Sequence record: NC_054919.1
From: Escherichia phage vB_EcoM_G4507
Length of the DNA: 64,000 bases
Reading direction: 5' to 3' (one strand)
In this document: positions 19,557-29,003 of the stretch, piece by piece
Position numbering within the stretch: the stretch's first letter is position 1
Layout of the letters: every line of letters starts with the position of its first letter
Position numbers and translations under genes: made by a program
The notes under the pieces: generated by a model
What the model saw: only the letters and a program-made list of their open reading frames with translations
Database searches by the model: none
What the model was told of the DNA's origin: nothing

Positions 19557-20525
19557 TTATTTCAGAAGAGTAACCTCAGCGATTTCTTCCCAACCGTTTT
19601 TGTCGGTCATAATAAAGTCAGCAAGATAAAGAGCAGTACGCAGTGAAACATTGCGTAAACGATTAACATTGACTTTCATCCATGATAATGCTTTATAAGT
19701 TTCTTCATCAGAAAGACCGCGCTTTTGCATCATGTCAGTTGAAAGAATAACATCTTCAACCCTGACCATAATTTCTTCATTAGTGTGAACACCCAAATCC
19801 AAATAAACTGAGCGGGACACTAATGCTTGTAAATGTGGAGCAAGTTTAGTACCACGGTCTAATTCGCGGTCAATGTCAACGTTTGTGATAAAAACAATCG
19901 TTCCTTTAAATTCAAACTCACGCTCAATGCCTTTTTCTTCTAAGTAAGAAGATGCAGTGCTCCAGCAGACTTTACGGGTCTCTCCAGTGTCCAGAGCAGC
20001 TTTCAGAAGATTAAGAATGTCCATATCAGAGAAAACATCCACATCATCAATCAAAAGGACAGAATTCTCTTCACGATTATTCCAAAGCTGCTCATAAAGA
20101 CCAATACCAGAGATTTTACCATTAATGCTTTTATATTCAATGTATCCAATATCATTTGCTTTATTTAAAGCTTTATCTAAAGAATACGTTTTACCAATAC
20201 CCGCCGCACCAGAGATAATTAATGAACGAATGTTTCCGTTAATAATACCATTCGTCATCATTCCCATAACATTAAATCTTTTATTAATGCGGGTTTTCAT
20301 ATCTTCATATGATTCTTTAACTTCTTCAACTTTTACACCATCATATGAAATGTCTGATTTGTAAACCCAAACACCGCGACGTTTACCGTCAATTTCAACA
20401 AAAACTTTACCATCTCCTTGTGCATCTACCGGAGCATTATCTGGGAACCATTCACCTAAGAGCTCAAAAGTTCCAGAGATTTCTTTACCGAAGTAGATAC
20501 CCTTATTGATAGTTACAGTTTTCAT
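19557..20525 (-). CDS. P-loop NTPase (Walker A/B ATPase)
   Basis: Walker A GAAGIGKT, Walker B LLIDDVD; ATG at 20525 with GGAG SD; early promoter and hairpin upstream. Confidence 0.6.
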   Translation of the reverse strand: MKTVTINKGIYFGKEISGTFELLGEWFPDNAPVDAQGDGKVFVEIDGKRRGVWVYKSDISYDGVKVEEVKESYEDMKTRINKRFNVMGMMTNGIINGNIRSLIISGAAGIGKTYSLDKALNKANDIGYIEYKSINGKISGIGLYEQLWNNREENSVLLIDDVDVFSDMDILNLLKAALDTGETRKVCWSTASSYLEEKGIEREFEFKGTIVFITNVDIDRELDRGTKLAPHLQALVSRSVYLDLGVHTNEEIMVRVEDVILSTDMMQKRGLSDEETYKALSWMKVNVNRLRNVSLRTALYLADFIMTDKNGWEEIAEVTLLK

Positions 20526-20559
20526 TTTATTCTCCAAATCCGTATCAGTTGATAGTTGT

Positions 20560-20589
20560 ATAGTACCATAAAGCTTTATGCTTGTAAAC
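20560..20589 (-). promoter_or_regulatory. T4-type early promoter
   Basis: GTTTAC, 18 nt, TACTAT; upstream of ATG at 20525. Confidence 0.55.
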
Positions 20590-20620
20590 TGTTTTGTGAA
20601 AAAATTTTTTGAAATAAAAA

Positions 20621-20638
20621 GGGAGCCCGAAGGCTCCC
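20621..20638 (-). terminator. UUCG tetraloop hairpin
   Basis: GGGAGCC-CGAA-GGCTCCC, 3' of nucleotidyltransferase gene and 5' of early promoter. Confidence 0.55.
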
Positions 20639-20640
20639 TA

Positions 20641-21654
20641 TCATTTATAATAACTTCGGTGGTTTTCAAGATAAACCCTCTCAAGGAAGTCATCCCAGAA
20701 ACCCATGTCTACTTTTTGCTGCATACCGTTCTTAGAAGCTTCAGTAGATGCTGCTTCTACTTGATCGACCACATCTTCCAAAAACTCTTGAACTATTTTA
20801 AATGGATGTTTACCCAACTTCACGTCGAGAATAAATGGAGCATCTTGAAGTGGATAAATCAAGTCACCAGTTTTGTAAATTTCCAATAGTTGAAGTCCAC
20901 CACGACAAGCATGACTCAGAGCTTTCCAGTCAATGCCTTCATTGGCTTCGGCCTTACGAGCACGTTCACCATATTCAGCATCTAATTTGTTCAGTGACTG
21001 CTTAAGCTCAATAAGAGAAAGCGTTGTCTGATATTTACGACCCAACACAGTGTAGAACGTTTGAGGACCTGTTTTCTCGTGGTTATGGAATACCCATTCA
21101 CAGAATTCGTTCTCTGGAAGACGATGCTTAATATCTTCAACTTTAGTACGACGATGCTTAATGGAACCGTCTTCTTGGTAATCAACCCACTGATCGGGGA
21201 TTTGATTAACGACTTTCAATACATCGCGTAATGCAGCCAAACGAGAACCTTTAACACCATATTTAGAGGCTTGTTTACGAACATATCCTAAATAAGATTT
21301 CATGTTCGTCGTATAAAAACGAGAACGGTTGTCTTGAATAAACTTCCACACATCAGGCAAATCAGATTTAACCACTAGTTCAGGTGGAGTGTGAAGCATA
21401 TCCAATGCTACAGTTTCACCATCTGCTGCTAATTTAAAGAAATACTTAAGACTATACAATTCATGGTCAATATCATCTTTAGTGTTTTTAGATGATGTGT
21501 TGTTGGTATTTTTACTCATATGCTCTTTAACATTTCCGATAAGAATATCACGAGCAGGAGGAACAAAAATTTCTTTAAAATCTACATCAGATTCTGGAGT
21601 AGAAGTTCCATAAAGATGACTACCAAAATAGCTTTTCATTACTGTTTTCATCAT
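20641..21654 (-). CDS. Pol-beta-type nucleotidyltransferase-fold protein
   Basis: N-terminal GSHLYGTSTPESDVD (G[SG]x10DxD) minimal nucleotidyltransferase signature; 337 aa. Confidence 0.5.
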   Translation of the reverse strand: MMKTVMKSYFGSHLYGTSTPESDVDFKEIFVPPARDILIGNVKEHMSKNTNNTSSKNTKDDIDHELYSLKYFFKLAADGETVALDMLHTPPELVVKSDLPDVWKFIQDNRSRFYTTNMKSYLGYVRKQASKYGVKGSRLAALRDVLKVVNQIPDQWVDYQEDGSIKHRRTKVEDIKHRLPENEFCEWVFHNHEKTGPQTFYTVLGRKYQTTLSLIELKQSLNKLDAEYGERARKAEANEGIDWKALSHACRGGLQLLEIYKTGDLIYPLQDAPFILDVKLGKHPFKIVQEFLEDVVDQVEAASTEASKNGMQQKVDMGFWDDFLERVYLENHRSYYK

Positions 21655-22112
21655 TCAGCCTTATATTCAATAACAGGACATACTTTAGCTTTACGAGCTT
21701 TTAAAAATTCAACGATAATCGATTTCTTGGATTGAATAGGAGTTAAACCTTTATACGCCCTATCAATATTTTCTACGTGTAAAGCATAATCCTTTTTCCA
21801 TTTATAATCTTTATATTTTTCACGCAAATGTGCAGGAATAACAAATGAACTGATAATAAGTAAAACAACCAAAAGCGCAAGTATAAATGCCGATGGAAGA
21901 AGAGTCCATAAACTGCCAAAAATAAACCAACGCTGTAGGCTTTCTGCACAAATAATTGTTAGTCCTACGAGTATAGCACATCCAAAAATAGAAACGAAAA
22001 ATGTAGGAATAACAATAGACCAAAAATACGCGCATAGTGTCTTAGGTCGTTGCCATTCATCGTTAAACAATTTGAATAATTTATAGTGCCAAGAGTTTTC
22101 ATTAATAATCAT
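21651..22112 (-). CDS. Membrane protein
   Basis: Two long hydrophobic segments. Confidence 0.5.
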   Translation of the reverse strand: MIINENSWHYKLFKLFNDEWQRPKTLCAYFWSIVIPTFFVSIFGCAILVGLTIICAESLQRWFIFGSLWTLLPSAFILALLVVLLIISSFVIPAHLREKYKDYKWKKDYALHVENIDRAYKGLTPIQSKKSIIVEFLKARKAKVCPVIEYKAE

Positions 22113-22114
22113 AA

Positions 22115-22636
22115 TTATCCTTTCATTGAAGGCGTAACGGTTGTTAAATACTTAATCATAGCTTCAGCTTCTGATTTTGATAATGAAATTTCTCCATTGT
22201 TTTGACGAATAGAAATAAAATCCGGATGACGGTCACCACCAGCTTTTAAAACGCACATATAAGTATCAACTTCGCCTTCAATATTTGAAATGATTGAAGC
22301 AGTTCCACATGAATGTGGTTTTTGATAAATCAATACAGCTTTTCTTCCACCGTTTGACTGTTCATAGGCTTTTAATACATCAAGCAAATCAGTTCTTTTA
22401 TCAATAGCTAAAATGTTATTTTCATCTTCAATGTTAAATCCTTCGGATACTTCATAAAGTGTTACCCATAAATCACCGATGTCAATAACAGCATTTACTT
22501 TTCCACGACTTTCAAGAGTATGACAAATTTTCTTGATTTCGTCATAACTCATTTTAATAATATCATCTCCTTGACTAAGGAAGATGTCATTTTTAAATTC
22601 AACACGAATTAAACCGCTTCCACTTGAAATAAACAT
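22115..22636 (-). CDS. Hypothetical protein (paralog of 22643-23197)
   Basis: C-terminal SEAEAMIKYLTTVTPSM similar to neighbour. Confidence 0.5.
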   Translation of the reverse strand: MFISSGSGLIRVEFKNDIFLSQGDDIIKMSYDEIKKICHTLESRGKVNAVIDIGDLWVTLYEVSEGFNIEDENNILAIDKRTDLLDVLKAYEQSNGGRKAVLIYQKPHSCGTASIISNIEGEVDTYMCVLKAGGDRHPDFISIRQNNGEISLSKSEAEAMIKYLTTVTPSMKG

Positions 22637-22642
22637 ATTTCC

Positions 22643-23197
22643 TCACTTTGAAATCATAGTTGGAATAACAGAATCAAGATAAGTCTTTAGTGCAATAGCT
22701 TCGTCTTTGGTAAATGTGACAATATGTGCTCGAGAATCATCAATTTGGCGAACAAGTACGACATCGCCATCTTCATAAGAAGTCTTGACATCCAAAGTCG
22801 TAGTATAATTTGCAGCTACTGGATTAATAATGCTAGCACCGCGATCTTTAGCCCATTGAAGTTTAGCCTTTTCGGGTGTTTCGATTGTTTCAGATTCCAA
22901 GAATTCTTTCACCTTGGTAACGAATGTTGCCCAATTGTTGATAGAAAGACACATAAATTCAGTTTCAATATTACCGCCGTAAAGGCCACGATAAAAACGA
23001 ACTTGGAGGTCGCCTGTAATATTAGTTACACCGGTAACTCCTGAGGGAGCATAAGATAAAATCGCAGCCAGTTCCATAGGAAGAATAGTAATACTATCGT
23101 CTTCCTGCGTCAGAACGTATACATTATCACGTTTTTCGATAACCAGGTCACCTAACAAATCAGTTGTTTCAATTACAGCTTTCATATTATTTACCAA
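22643..23197 (-). CDS. Hypothetical protein (paralog of 22115-22636)
   Basis: C-terminal DEAIALKTYLDSVIPTM. Confidence 0.5.
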   Translation of the reverse strand: MVNNMKAVIETTDLLGDLVIEKRDNVYVLTQEDDSITILPMELAAILSYAPSGVTGVTNITGDLQVRFYRGLYGGNIETEFMCLSINNWATFVTKVKEFLESETIETPEKAKLQWAKDRGASIINPVAANYTTTLDVKTSYEDGDVVLVRQIDDSRAHIVTFTKDEAIALKTYLDSVIPTMISK

Positions 23198-23372
23198 TTA
23201 AAGTTTCAATATAAGAATCAAGATTTACTTTAGCTTCTTCCATAAGAGTTTTGTATTTAATCTTGTTAGCATGTCCGGAGAAAGCTGATTCATCAATAAT
23301 TGTTGATGTATGAACAGCTCTACTATACGTCTCAATTAATTCTCTTAATTTAAAAGCCTGCTCACTTGTCAT
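23187..23372 (-). CDS. Small acidic helical protein (paralog family)
   Basis: ORF track; similar to 23700-24136 and 25911-26281 ORFs. Confidence 0.45.
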   Translation of the reverse strand: MTSEQAFKLRELIETYSRAVHTSTIIDESAFSGHANKIKYKTLMEEAKVNLDSYIETLIGK

Positions 23373-23494
23373 TACATACTCCTTTGAATAATATCAATAA
23401 TGTTGTTCACCAAATTATACGTAAACATTGGGTAATTATATTGAATCATCACATACACAACAAACAAAACTTTCATTCTCTTCTCCTTGGCAGT

Positions 23495-23524
23495 TGACAA
23501 GATTACTATACCATAACCTTGCCA
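23495..23524 (-). promoter_or_regulatory. T4-type early promoter
   Basis: GTTTAC, 18 nt, TATAGT. Confidence 0.45.
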
Positions 23525-23699
23525 ACTTGTAAACCATTAAATGACGTTTTCGATAAAATTCTGAAGCTTTGTATGAGCATCAACCATGATTTTCATTTCT
23601 TCCTTTGCGAAAGCTGTGCCTCTTTCACGAGAAGAACATTCATAGTCAGAAACTGCATTAGCATATTCTTCAATTAGCTTCATTAAAAACATCTGCTTT

Positions 23700-23894
23700 T
23701 CAGTTTTCATTATTCCACCTAATCATTTCAAGATATTGAACTAACTTAGCTTTGGATTTATCCAAATCCTTTTTAGCTGTTTCTATACCGTCGTATGAAT
23801 ATCCTTCACAATGCTCAACTGCTAATTGATATGAATCTATTTCAACATCACGTGCTAATTTAATGATTTTTTCAAACTGTTCGTGTGTTAACAT
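23700..23894 (-). CDS. Small acidic helical protein (paralog family)
   Basis: ORF track. Confidence 0.45.
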   Translation of the reverse strand: MLTHEQFEKIIKLARDVEIDSYQLAVEHCEGYSYDGIETAKKDLDKSKAKLVQYLEMIRWNNEN

Positions 23895-23896
23895 AA

Positions 23897-24136
23897 TTAA
23901 ACTCTCATATTATGATCGATAATTTCATCAAGAAACATATCTAACGCTTCTATAGCATTATCCACTTTAGTTTCAAAGTCTTTAATGCCTTTATTCGAAA
24001 TACCCGATGAATACCAAGCAAAGTCAATCAGCTCTTCATCTGCTTTGCGAATTGAAGCCACTAATTCCTTGATTTTATCTGCTTGCTCTACGCTAATCAT
24101 TATTCCACCACATATGACAGAGAGAATATTGCACAC
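23897..24136 (-). CDS. Small acidic helical protein (paralog family)
   Basis: ORF track. Confidence 0.45.
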
Positions 24137-24288
24137 GCCATGTGAGTTGCAACTTCATCACACATATTATAACGTTTCTTAAGAAGTTCTACAAGTTCTT
24201 CACTAGTAACTTCATCCATGTCGACGAAAAAATCACCATTAATGATGACGTAGATATTTCCTTCTTGATTAAGTGCTTCAATTTTCAT
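24100..24288 (-). CDS. Small hypothetical protein; track start 24333 lies in a promoter, Met at 24288 more likely
   Basis: ORF track. Confidence 0.35.
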
Positions 24289-24316
24289 GATGTTCTCCTC
24301 TTTATCCGATGGTTGT

Positions 24317-24346
24317 ATAGTATCACAGCTCAAACGGAAAGTAAAC
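24317..24346 (-). promoter_or_regulatory. T4-type early promoter
   Basis: GTTTAC, 18 nt, TACTAT. Confidence 0.5.
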
Positions 24347-24361
24347 CGGTAAAATGAAAAA

Positions 24362-24379
24362 AGTCTCCCGAAGGAGACT
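24362..24379 (-). terminator. UUCG tetraloop hairpin
   Basis: AGTCTCC-CGAA-GGAGACT. Confidence 0.55.
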
Positions 24380-24383
24380 AATG

Positions 24384-24770
24384 TTATTCGAGGGAAAGAA
24401 GATACTTACTCTGGTAAAACATTCCAGTAATATCATCTATCGTGCTTTGAATGGCTGGAGGCATTTCTTTATAAATGCTGTTAGATTGGTCTAGTATGCG
24501 ATCAATCATTTTAATTGTGTCGGTAGGAAGTTTACTGGCATCTGGAATTGAAGGCGTGTATTTTCTACCAGAATACCCCAAATATTGCTCACCAAATTTA
24601 TCAATCAAATCTGGCAATTCGGAGAAAATAAAATCGTATGCTTTGTGTCTAGCATAACTTTTAGTTTCAAAATGCGCAGAATGAAAATAAGCTTGTGCAG
24701 CCATTAATAAACCTAAGTATTCATCTGCCTTTGAAGGTTTTCCACTTTGTGAAAAGTCGCTGAATTTCAT
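24384..24770 (-). CDS. Hypothetical protein (rI.-1 position)
   Basis: 128 aa; ATGA overlap with rI stop. Confidence 0.5.
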
Positions 24771-25060
24771 TCAGTCTCCAATTTAATGTTCATAATTCTA
24801 GTGTATGATTGTGCCATCTCCGCGCCTCGTTCTATACATTCGAAATCAGAAGAGCACGGGTCATTTTTATAGGTCGTTCTCATAAAACTATAGAACTGTT
24901 CAGATGATTCTACGCTTTTATTTTCAAAAAGCATATAAACATGTCTAATACCAGATTCCATAAATTTATCAAAATGAGGATCGACATTCGCTTCAATTGG
25001 TGGAGATAAAGCAAATGACAATCCTAGCATGGCAAATAGTGCCGTTGCTTTTAAGGCCAT
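24767..25060 (-). CDS. rI: Lysis inhibition regulator RI (periplasmic antiholin-binding protein)
   Basis: 97 aa with signal peptide MALKATALFAMLGLSF...; near-identical to T4 RI. Confidence 0.85.
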   Translation of the reverse strand: MALKATALFAMLGLSFALSPPIEANVDPHFDKFMESGIRHVYMLFENKSVESSEQFYSFMRTTYKNDPCSSDFECIERGAEMAQSYTRIMNIKLETE

Positions 25061-25072
25061 AAAGGCCTCCTA

Positions 25073-25285
25073 TCATTTTTGTCCTGTATTTACTTTATGC
25101 CGATGCACGGCCTTAACTTTATCAAGGTATTTTTCAAAATTTCGCAATCTAGTATAGTCTGCCGGAGATTGGTTGAGTGATACTTCTCGACGCAAAGCTG
25201 AAATGATATTTCCAACTTCCCTACGAATTTCATCTAATTGAAGCACAGTAAGATTGCGAAGTTGCTTTTCAGTTAATTGTAGCAT
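25073..25285 (-). CDS. Small hypothetical protein (rI.1 position)
   Basis: ORF track. Confidence 0.5.
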
Positions 25286-25327
25286 ATATACCCCTTTAGT
25301 TAGATAAACCTATTTATAACTTTTGCA

Positions 25328-25909
25328 CTAACCGAGCTTTTTAGTTAATTCGTTCCAGTGTTTTCTACACAAAGAAACATAAATTTCATCACCAATACAG
25401 ATTTGATTACCTTCTTTAACTGGTGTTCCATCTTCCATTAATCGAGCTGTCATAATCGCTTTTTTGCCGCAATGACAAACTGCCTTTAGTTCAATAAGTT
25501 TATCTGCAATCGCTAAAAGTTCTTTAGAACCTTCAAACAATTTTCCAGCGAAATCAGTCCTTAACCCATAAGCCATAACAGGAACATTATATGTATCAAC
25601 AATTCGACTCAATTGATGCACTTGTTCAGTTTTTAAAAACTGGGCTTCATCTACAAATACGCAATGAATATCTTTTTGTGCTTCAGCCCATTTATAGAAC
25701 TCGAAAATATCCATATCATCTGTAATAATATTCGCTTCCTGTTTAATTCCAATGCGAGAAACAACTTCACAGACAGAATCACGAGTATCAATAGCAGGCT
25801 TAAGAACTAATACACTCATTCCACGTTCTTTATAATTATGTGCAGCAGTCAAAAGAGAAGCAGATTTTCCAGCATTCATTGCTGCATAAGTAAAAATTAA
25901 ACTCGCCAT
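25328..25909 (-). CDS. tk: Thymidine kinase
   Basis: 193 aa; P-loop AMNAGKS; C-terminal Zn site CHCG...C..H; length equals T4 Tk. Confidence 0.9.
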   Translation of the reverse strand: MASLIFTYAAMNAGKSASLLTAAHNYKERGMSVLVLKPAIDTRDSVCEVVSRIGIKQEANIITDDMDIFEFYKWAEAQKDIHCVFVDEAQFLKTEQVHQLSRIVDTYNVPVMAYGLRTDFAGKLFEGSKELLAIADKLIELKAVCHCGKKAIMTARLMEDGTPVKEGNQICIGDEIYVSLCRKHWNELTKKLG

Positions 25910-25910
25910 C

Positions 25911-26099
25911 TTAGTCCTTAGTTAAATTTTCTAAATATGTTTCTAAATCATTTTCAGCTTTATCGATAGATTTTACTAATTCGTAATATGTTTCGGCATC
26001 TCCATATTCAGAAGATATTTCAAAAGACAAATCCTTTTCTAAACTAATAATTTCACCAACTAAAAATAATATTTCGTTCTTTTGTTCGCGAGTAATCAT
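25911..26099 (-). CDS. Small acidic protein (tk.1 position, paralog family)
   Basis: ORF track. Confidence 0.45.
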   Translation of the reverse strand: MITREQKNEILFLVGEIISLEKDLSFEISSEYGDAETYYELVKSIDKAENDLETYLENLTKD

Positions 26100-26281
26100 A
26101 AGGAATTTATATAATCAATGAGTTCTTGTTCTTTATTATCAAATTCTTTGGAAAGTTCTTCATATTCATTTGCGCTAAAAGGACCGCATTCATTACAAAC
26201 TTTTTCCAATTCACTATTTTTATCCATAATTTCGTGGATAAGAGAAAAGAGTTTGTCTTTTTGTTCTTTGCTTAGGCTCAT
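26096..26281 (-). CDS. Small acidic protein (tk.2 position, paralog family)
   Basis: ORF track. Confidence 0.45.
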   Translation of the reverse strand: MSLSKEQKDKLFSLIHEIMDKNSELEKVCNECGPFSANEYEELSKEFDNKEQELIDYINSL

Positions 26282-26447
26282 ATATTAATTTCCAGAAGTT
26301 TTAAAATAATTCGCTTTTGCTTAAATATTTCCACAGTTAAATGATCAGTATCTTTTTGACCAATTCCAATGGCAAAACCTTTATTAACAGCGAGTTCAAT
26401 TAAATTATCAAGTTCACGTAACACTTCATATTGTAACTCAGAACTAT

Positions 26448-26675
26448 TCATTTCGGTTTACCTTCTTTAACGAAATCTGGATAAGGATAAAATCCCGAAT
26501 AAAATCCTTCACCTTTATGATTGATGCATCCTTTATTAGAACAATAGCACCAATAATCGAAATCACAAGCCATTTCATCGTTACATAAAGCAAAAACAAC
26601 CGGCCACTTACACTTTTCACAGTGGGCATTTTTAAGAATACTAGTTTGGCTCATAACCATGTAACCTTTAAGCAA
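26448..26675 (-). CDS. Small Cys-rich (probable Zn-binding) protein
   Basis: CEKCK...C..C...CYC..GC pattern. Confidence 0.45.
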   Translation of the reverse strand: MLKGYMVMSQTSILKNAHCEKCKWPVVFALCNDEMACDFDYWCYCSNKGCINHKGEGFYSGFYPYPDFVKEGKPK

Positions 26676-26863
26676 TATTCTTCTACATGTTGTTTACGAC
26701 CTTTCTTATCAATAAAGGTATATTCAACGAATGTTCCAATGTAGTCTTTATCTACATCATGTGGACTATTAATTGGGCATTTAGTACGGCAAATGCGTTC
26801 CCATTGACGAATAATTACTGCTTTGTTTTTAGGATCAAACGGATGTGGGTAATGTACTTTCAT
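26651..26863 (-). CDS. Small hypothetical protein
   Basis: ORF track. Confidence 0.45.
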   Translation of the reverse strand: MKVHYPHPFDPKNKAVIIRQWERICRTKCPINSPHDVDKDYIGTFVEYTFIDKKGRKQHVEEYCLKVTWL

Positions 26864-27314
26864 AATCCACCACTATTAAATCAATATCAGGAGTAAACAT
26901 GTCGATTAATTTAGAAACCTTATCCCAATCGCCGCCAGCAATACCACAACCTATACGTGGAATGTAAATTACTGGTTTAAACAAAAGGGTTTCTGCCTGT
27001 AGATTTAATTCTATCATGCAGTTTACTAAAGCACCATAATCAAGATTAGGACCTGGTTCGTATTGCGTATACAAGTTATAACATATGCCAAACCCATTAG
27101 GTTTATGTTTAAAAACAATAGACATATCGCCTAATTTATCACGAGAACCGTACTCAGTAGTGGTTTTATCTATTTCTAAAATTTTGGGATAGGCTCTTGC
27201 TAATTGACCAGCTACACCACTGCCCATTGTATGAAAACAGTTACACCCGTGCGCAATAATATTACCTTCAAGAAAGAGGGCGACAATATCGCCCTTGATA
27301 TATTTTACAATCAT
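26835..27314 (-). CDS. Macro-domain-like protein (possible ADP-ribose binding/processing)
   Basis: GDIV..., HGCNC..MGSGVA and IGCGIAGG motifs resemble macro-domain Gly-rich loops. Confidence 0.4.
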   Translation of the reverse strand: MIVKYIKGDIVALFLEGNIIAHGCNCFHTMGSGVAGQLARAYPKILEIDKTTTEYGSRDKLGDMSIVFKHKPNGFGICYNLYTQYEPGPNLDYGALVNCMIELNLQAETLLFKPVIYIPRIGCGIAGGDWDKVSKLIDMFTPDIDLIVVDYESTLPTSV

Positions 27315-27658
27315 CTAGTACTCAATCCTCGATTATAAGAATCTACTAAACGGTCAACCATTGAATGACAAGCGGCTTTATCTTTTTCCTCCGCAACTGA
27401 ACATTCTAGGGTATTCCACTTTTTAGCATATCGTTTTAATAATGTATCGTTTTTGTATCTGCTTGATTTATCTCTTTCTCCGTCTTTATATGCATATATT
27501 AATTTCTGCGCAAATTCAGCTTGGCATGCTTTATTTTTCCCGCAATAATCTGCCGCAGTGCGGTTCACATACTCCCTAATTTCAGTATATGATGTATCTG
27601 CTGACGCATAAGCAGAAAATGAAATTAATCCTATACATAAAACCAAAATTTTAGTCAT
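27311..27658 (-). CDS. Secreted small protein, 115 aa (possibly Vs homolog by size and position)
   Basis: Signal peptide MTKILVLCIGLISFSAYASA. Confidence 0.5.
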   Translation of the reverse strand: MTKILVLCIGLISFSAYASADTSYTEIREYVNRTAADYCGKNKACQAEFAQKLIYAYKDGERDKSSRYKNDTLLKRYAKKWNTLECSVAEEKDKAACHSMVDRLVDSYNRGLSTR

Positions 27659-28196
27659 TTACTATTTCCAAAAGTTTATTATTTTTAAGGTAATTAGCCT
27701 TTTCTAGGACTTCAGAAGCATATTTAGAACCTGCTTTAACATTCCATCCCGAATTATAAGAGGATATTGCTTTTCTTATATCGCCCTTATGTATATTTAA
27801 CCAATAAGAAAGTTCAATGTACGCCCAGGAAGCTGAATTGGATCGTTTATTCAACATTCTTTTTATTTCAGCATCGGTCATATTATAACCAAGTTCCTTA
27901 ACTCTCGCTCGCATAGTAGGCAAATAATTTTGGAACATTCCGTAAGCATGATGTTTTGGTTTAGATTTTAAATTAACTCCGCCAGAGCTTTCTTGCCATA
28001 AAATAGCAGCCATTATATGACCTAATCCGCTCTTGTGGATATTTTTGTGTGTTTTATATTTTCCATCCTTAGAAAATTGTTCCCCGAATTGATACGCGTA
28101 ACGCATGTTATCGAGTTGGACATTACTGAAAGTATGCTCGGAGCTATGTGCCATCATTGAAATGGCCAATAGACCAGCGAGTAGTGCTTTTCTCAT
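27651..28196 (-). CDS. Secreted lytic-transglycosylase-like protein
   Basis: Signal peptide; ILWQESSGG motif resembling the SLT catalytic ES motif. Confidence 0.55.
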   Translation of the reverse strand: MRKALLAGLLAISMMAHSSEHTFSNVQLDNMRYAYQFGEQFSKDGKYKTHKNIHKSGLGHIMAAILWQESSGGVNLKSKPKHHAYGMFQNYLPTMRARVKELGYNMTDAEIKRMLNKRSNSASWAYIELSYWLNIHKGDIRKAISSYNSGWNVKAGSKYASEVLEKANYLKNNKLLEIVND

Positions 28197-28203
28197 GTTT
28201 ACC

Positions 28204-28665
28204 TCATTGAGTTTTAATTACTGCTTTAGAAGCCTTTCCTGGTAAACGACGACTGTTGATAATTGCCATCCTACATTGAAGTGACGGGTCTTTGAACTTC
28301 TCATTAGGTTTACAAACTGTAAATCCAAGCCAAAGATTTCCATCTGTAATTTCTAAACGTCCAGGACGATATTCAACTCCATCAATAAAATCCTCATCAA
28401 TGTCAGGACGCGGAGGCATACTCAGGAATTCATTAACTTCTAAAACATGGTCTTTTATTTTATGGAATAATTCAAAAACATATGTCTCATCAATCTCCCG
28501 TTGAATTGCACGATCAAGAAGATGTTGAGAATATTTTAGATGAAACGATGAGACCCCTGCTGCTTTTGATGCCTCACGAATCTCATTGTTAATTTGACGA
28601 AACTCCGACTCAAAGTGACGACGAAGCTTATTTCGACGGATAAAAACTTCTGTATTGATAGTCAT
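28204..28665 (-). CDS. regB: RegB site-specific endoribonuclease
   Basis: 153 aa; same length and position as T4 RegB; early promoter upstream. Confidence 0.75.
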   Translation of the reverse strand: MTINTEVFIRRNKLRRHFESEFRQINNEIREASKAAGVSSFHLKYSQHLLDRAIQREIDETYVFELFHKIKDHVLEVNEFLSMPPRPDIDEDFIDGVEYRPGRLEITDGNLWLGFTVCKPNEKFKDPSLQCRMAIINSRRLPGKASKAVIKTQ

Positions 28666-28692
28666 GTTATTCTCCTCTTAACTGATAGAAAA

Positions 28693-28722
28693 ATTATACC
28701 ACAGTCAAGAGGAAAAGTAAAC
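28693..28722 (-). promoter_or_regulatory. T4-type early promoter upstream of regB
   Basis: GTTTAC, 18 nt, TATAAT. Confidence 0.55.
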
Positions 28723-28796
28723 AGTTATTCTTTAAATCTAATCAATTTATTCATAGACTTTGAAACTTCTGCACGAACCTCATGTAAGTTTTTAAG

Positions 28797-29003
28797 CTAT
28801 TCAAGACGCTGCGTATAGTAAGCAATTTCATCTTCTTCGAGACAGTCCTGTGAATCTTCTTTAAGATAACGTGCATAGTCCTGAAAAGCTTTACGGACTA
28901 CTTCCTGGAAGTCATCAAGACTTTGAATTTTCTTAGGAGCGGCAGATACACGACGAGGTGCAGTATAATACTCATAACCAAACCCTGCACTTAATTGAGC
29001 CAT
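28797..29003 (-). CDS. Small hypothetical protein
   Basis: ATG at 29003 with GAGG SD (track start further upstream is alternative). Confidence 0.45.
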   Translation of the reverse strand: MAQLSAGFGYEYYTAPRRVSAAPKKIQSLDDFQEVVRKAFQDYARYLKEDSQDCLEEDEIAYYTQRLE

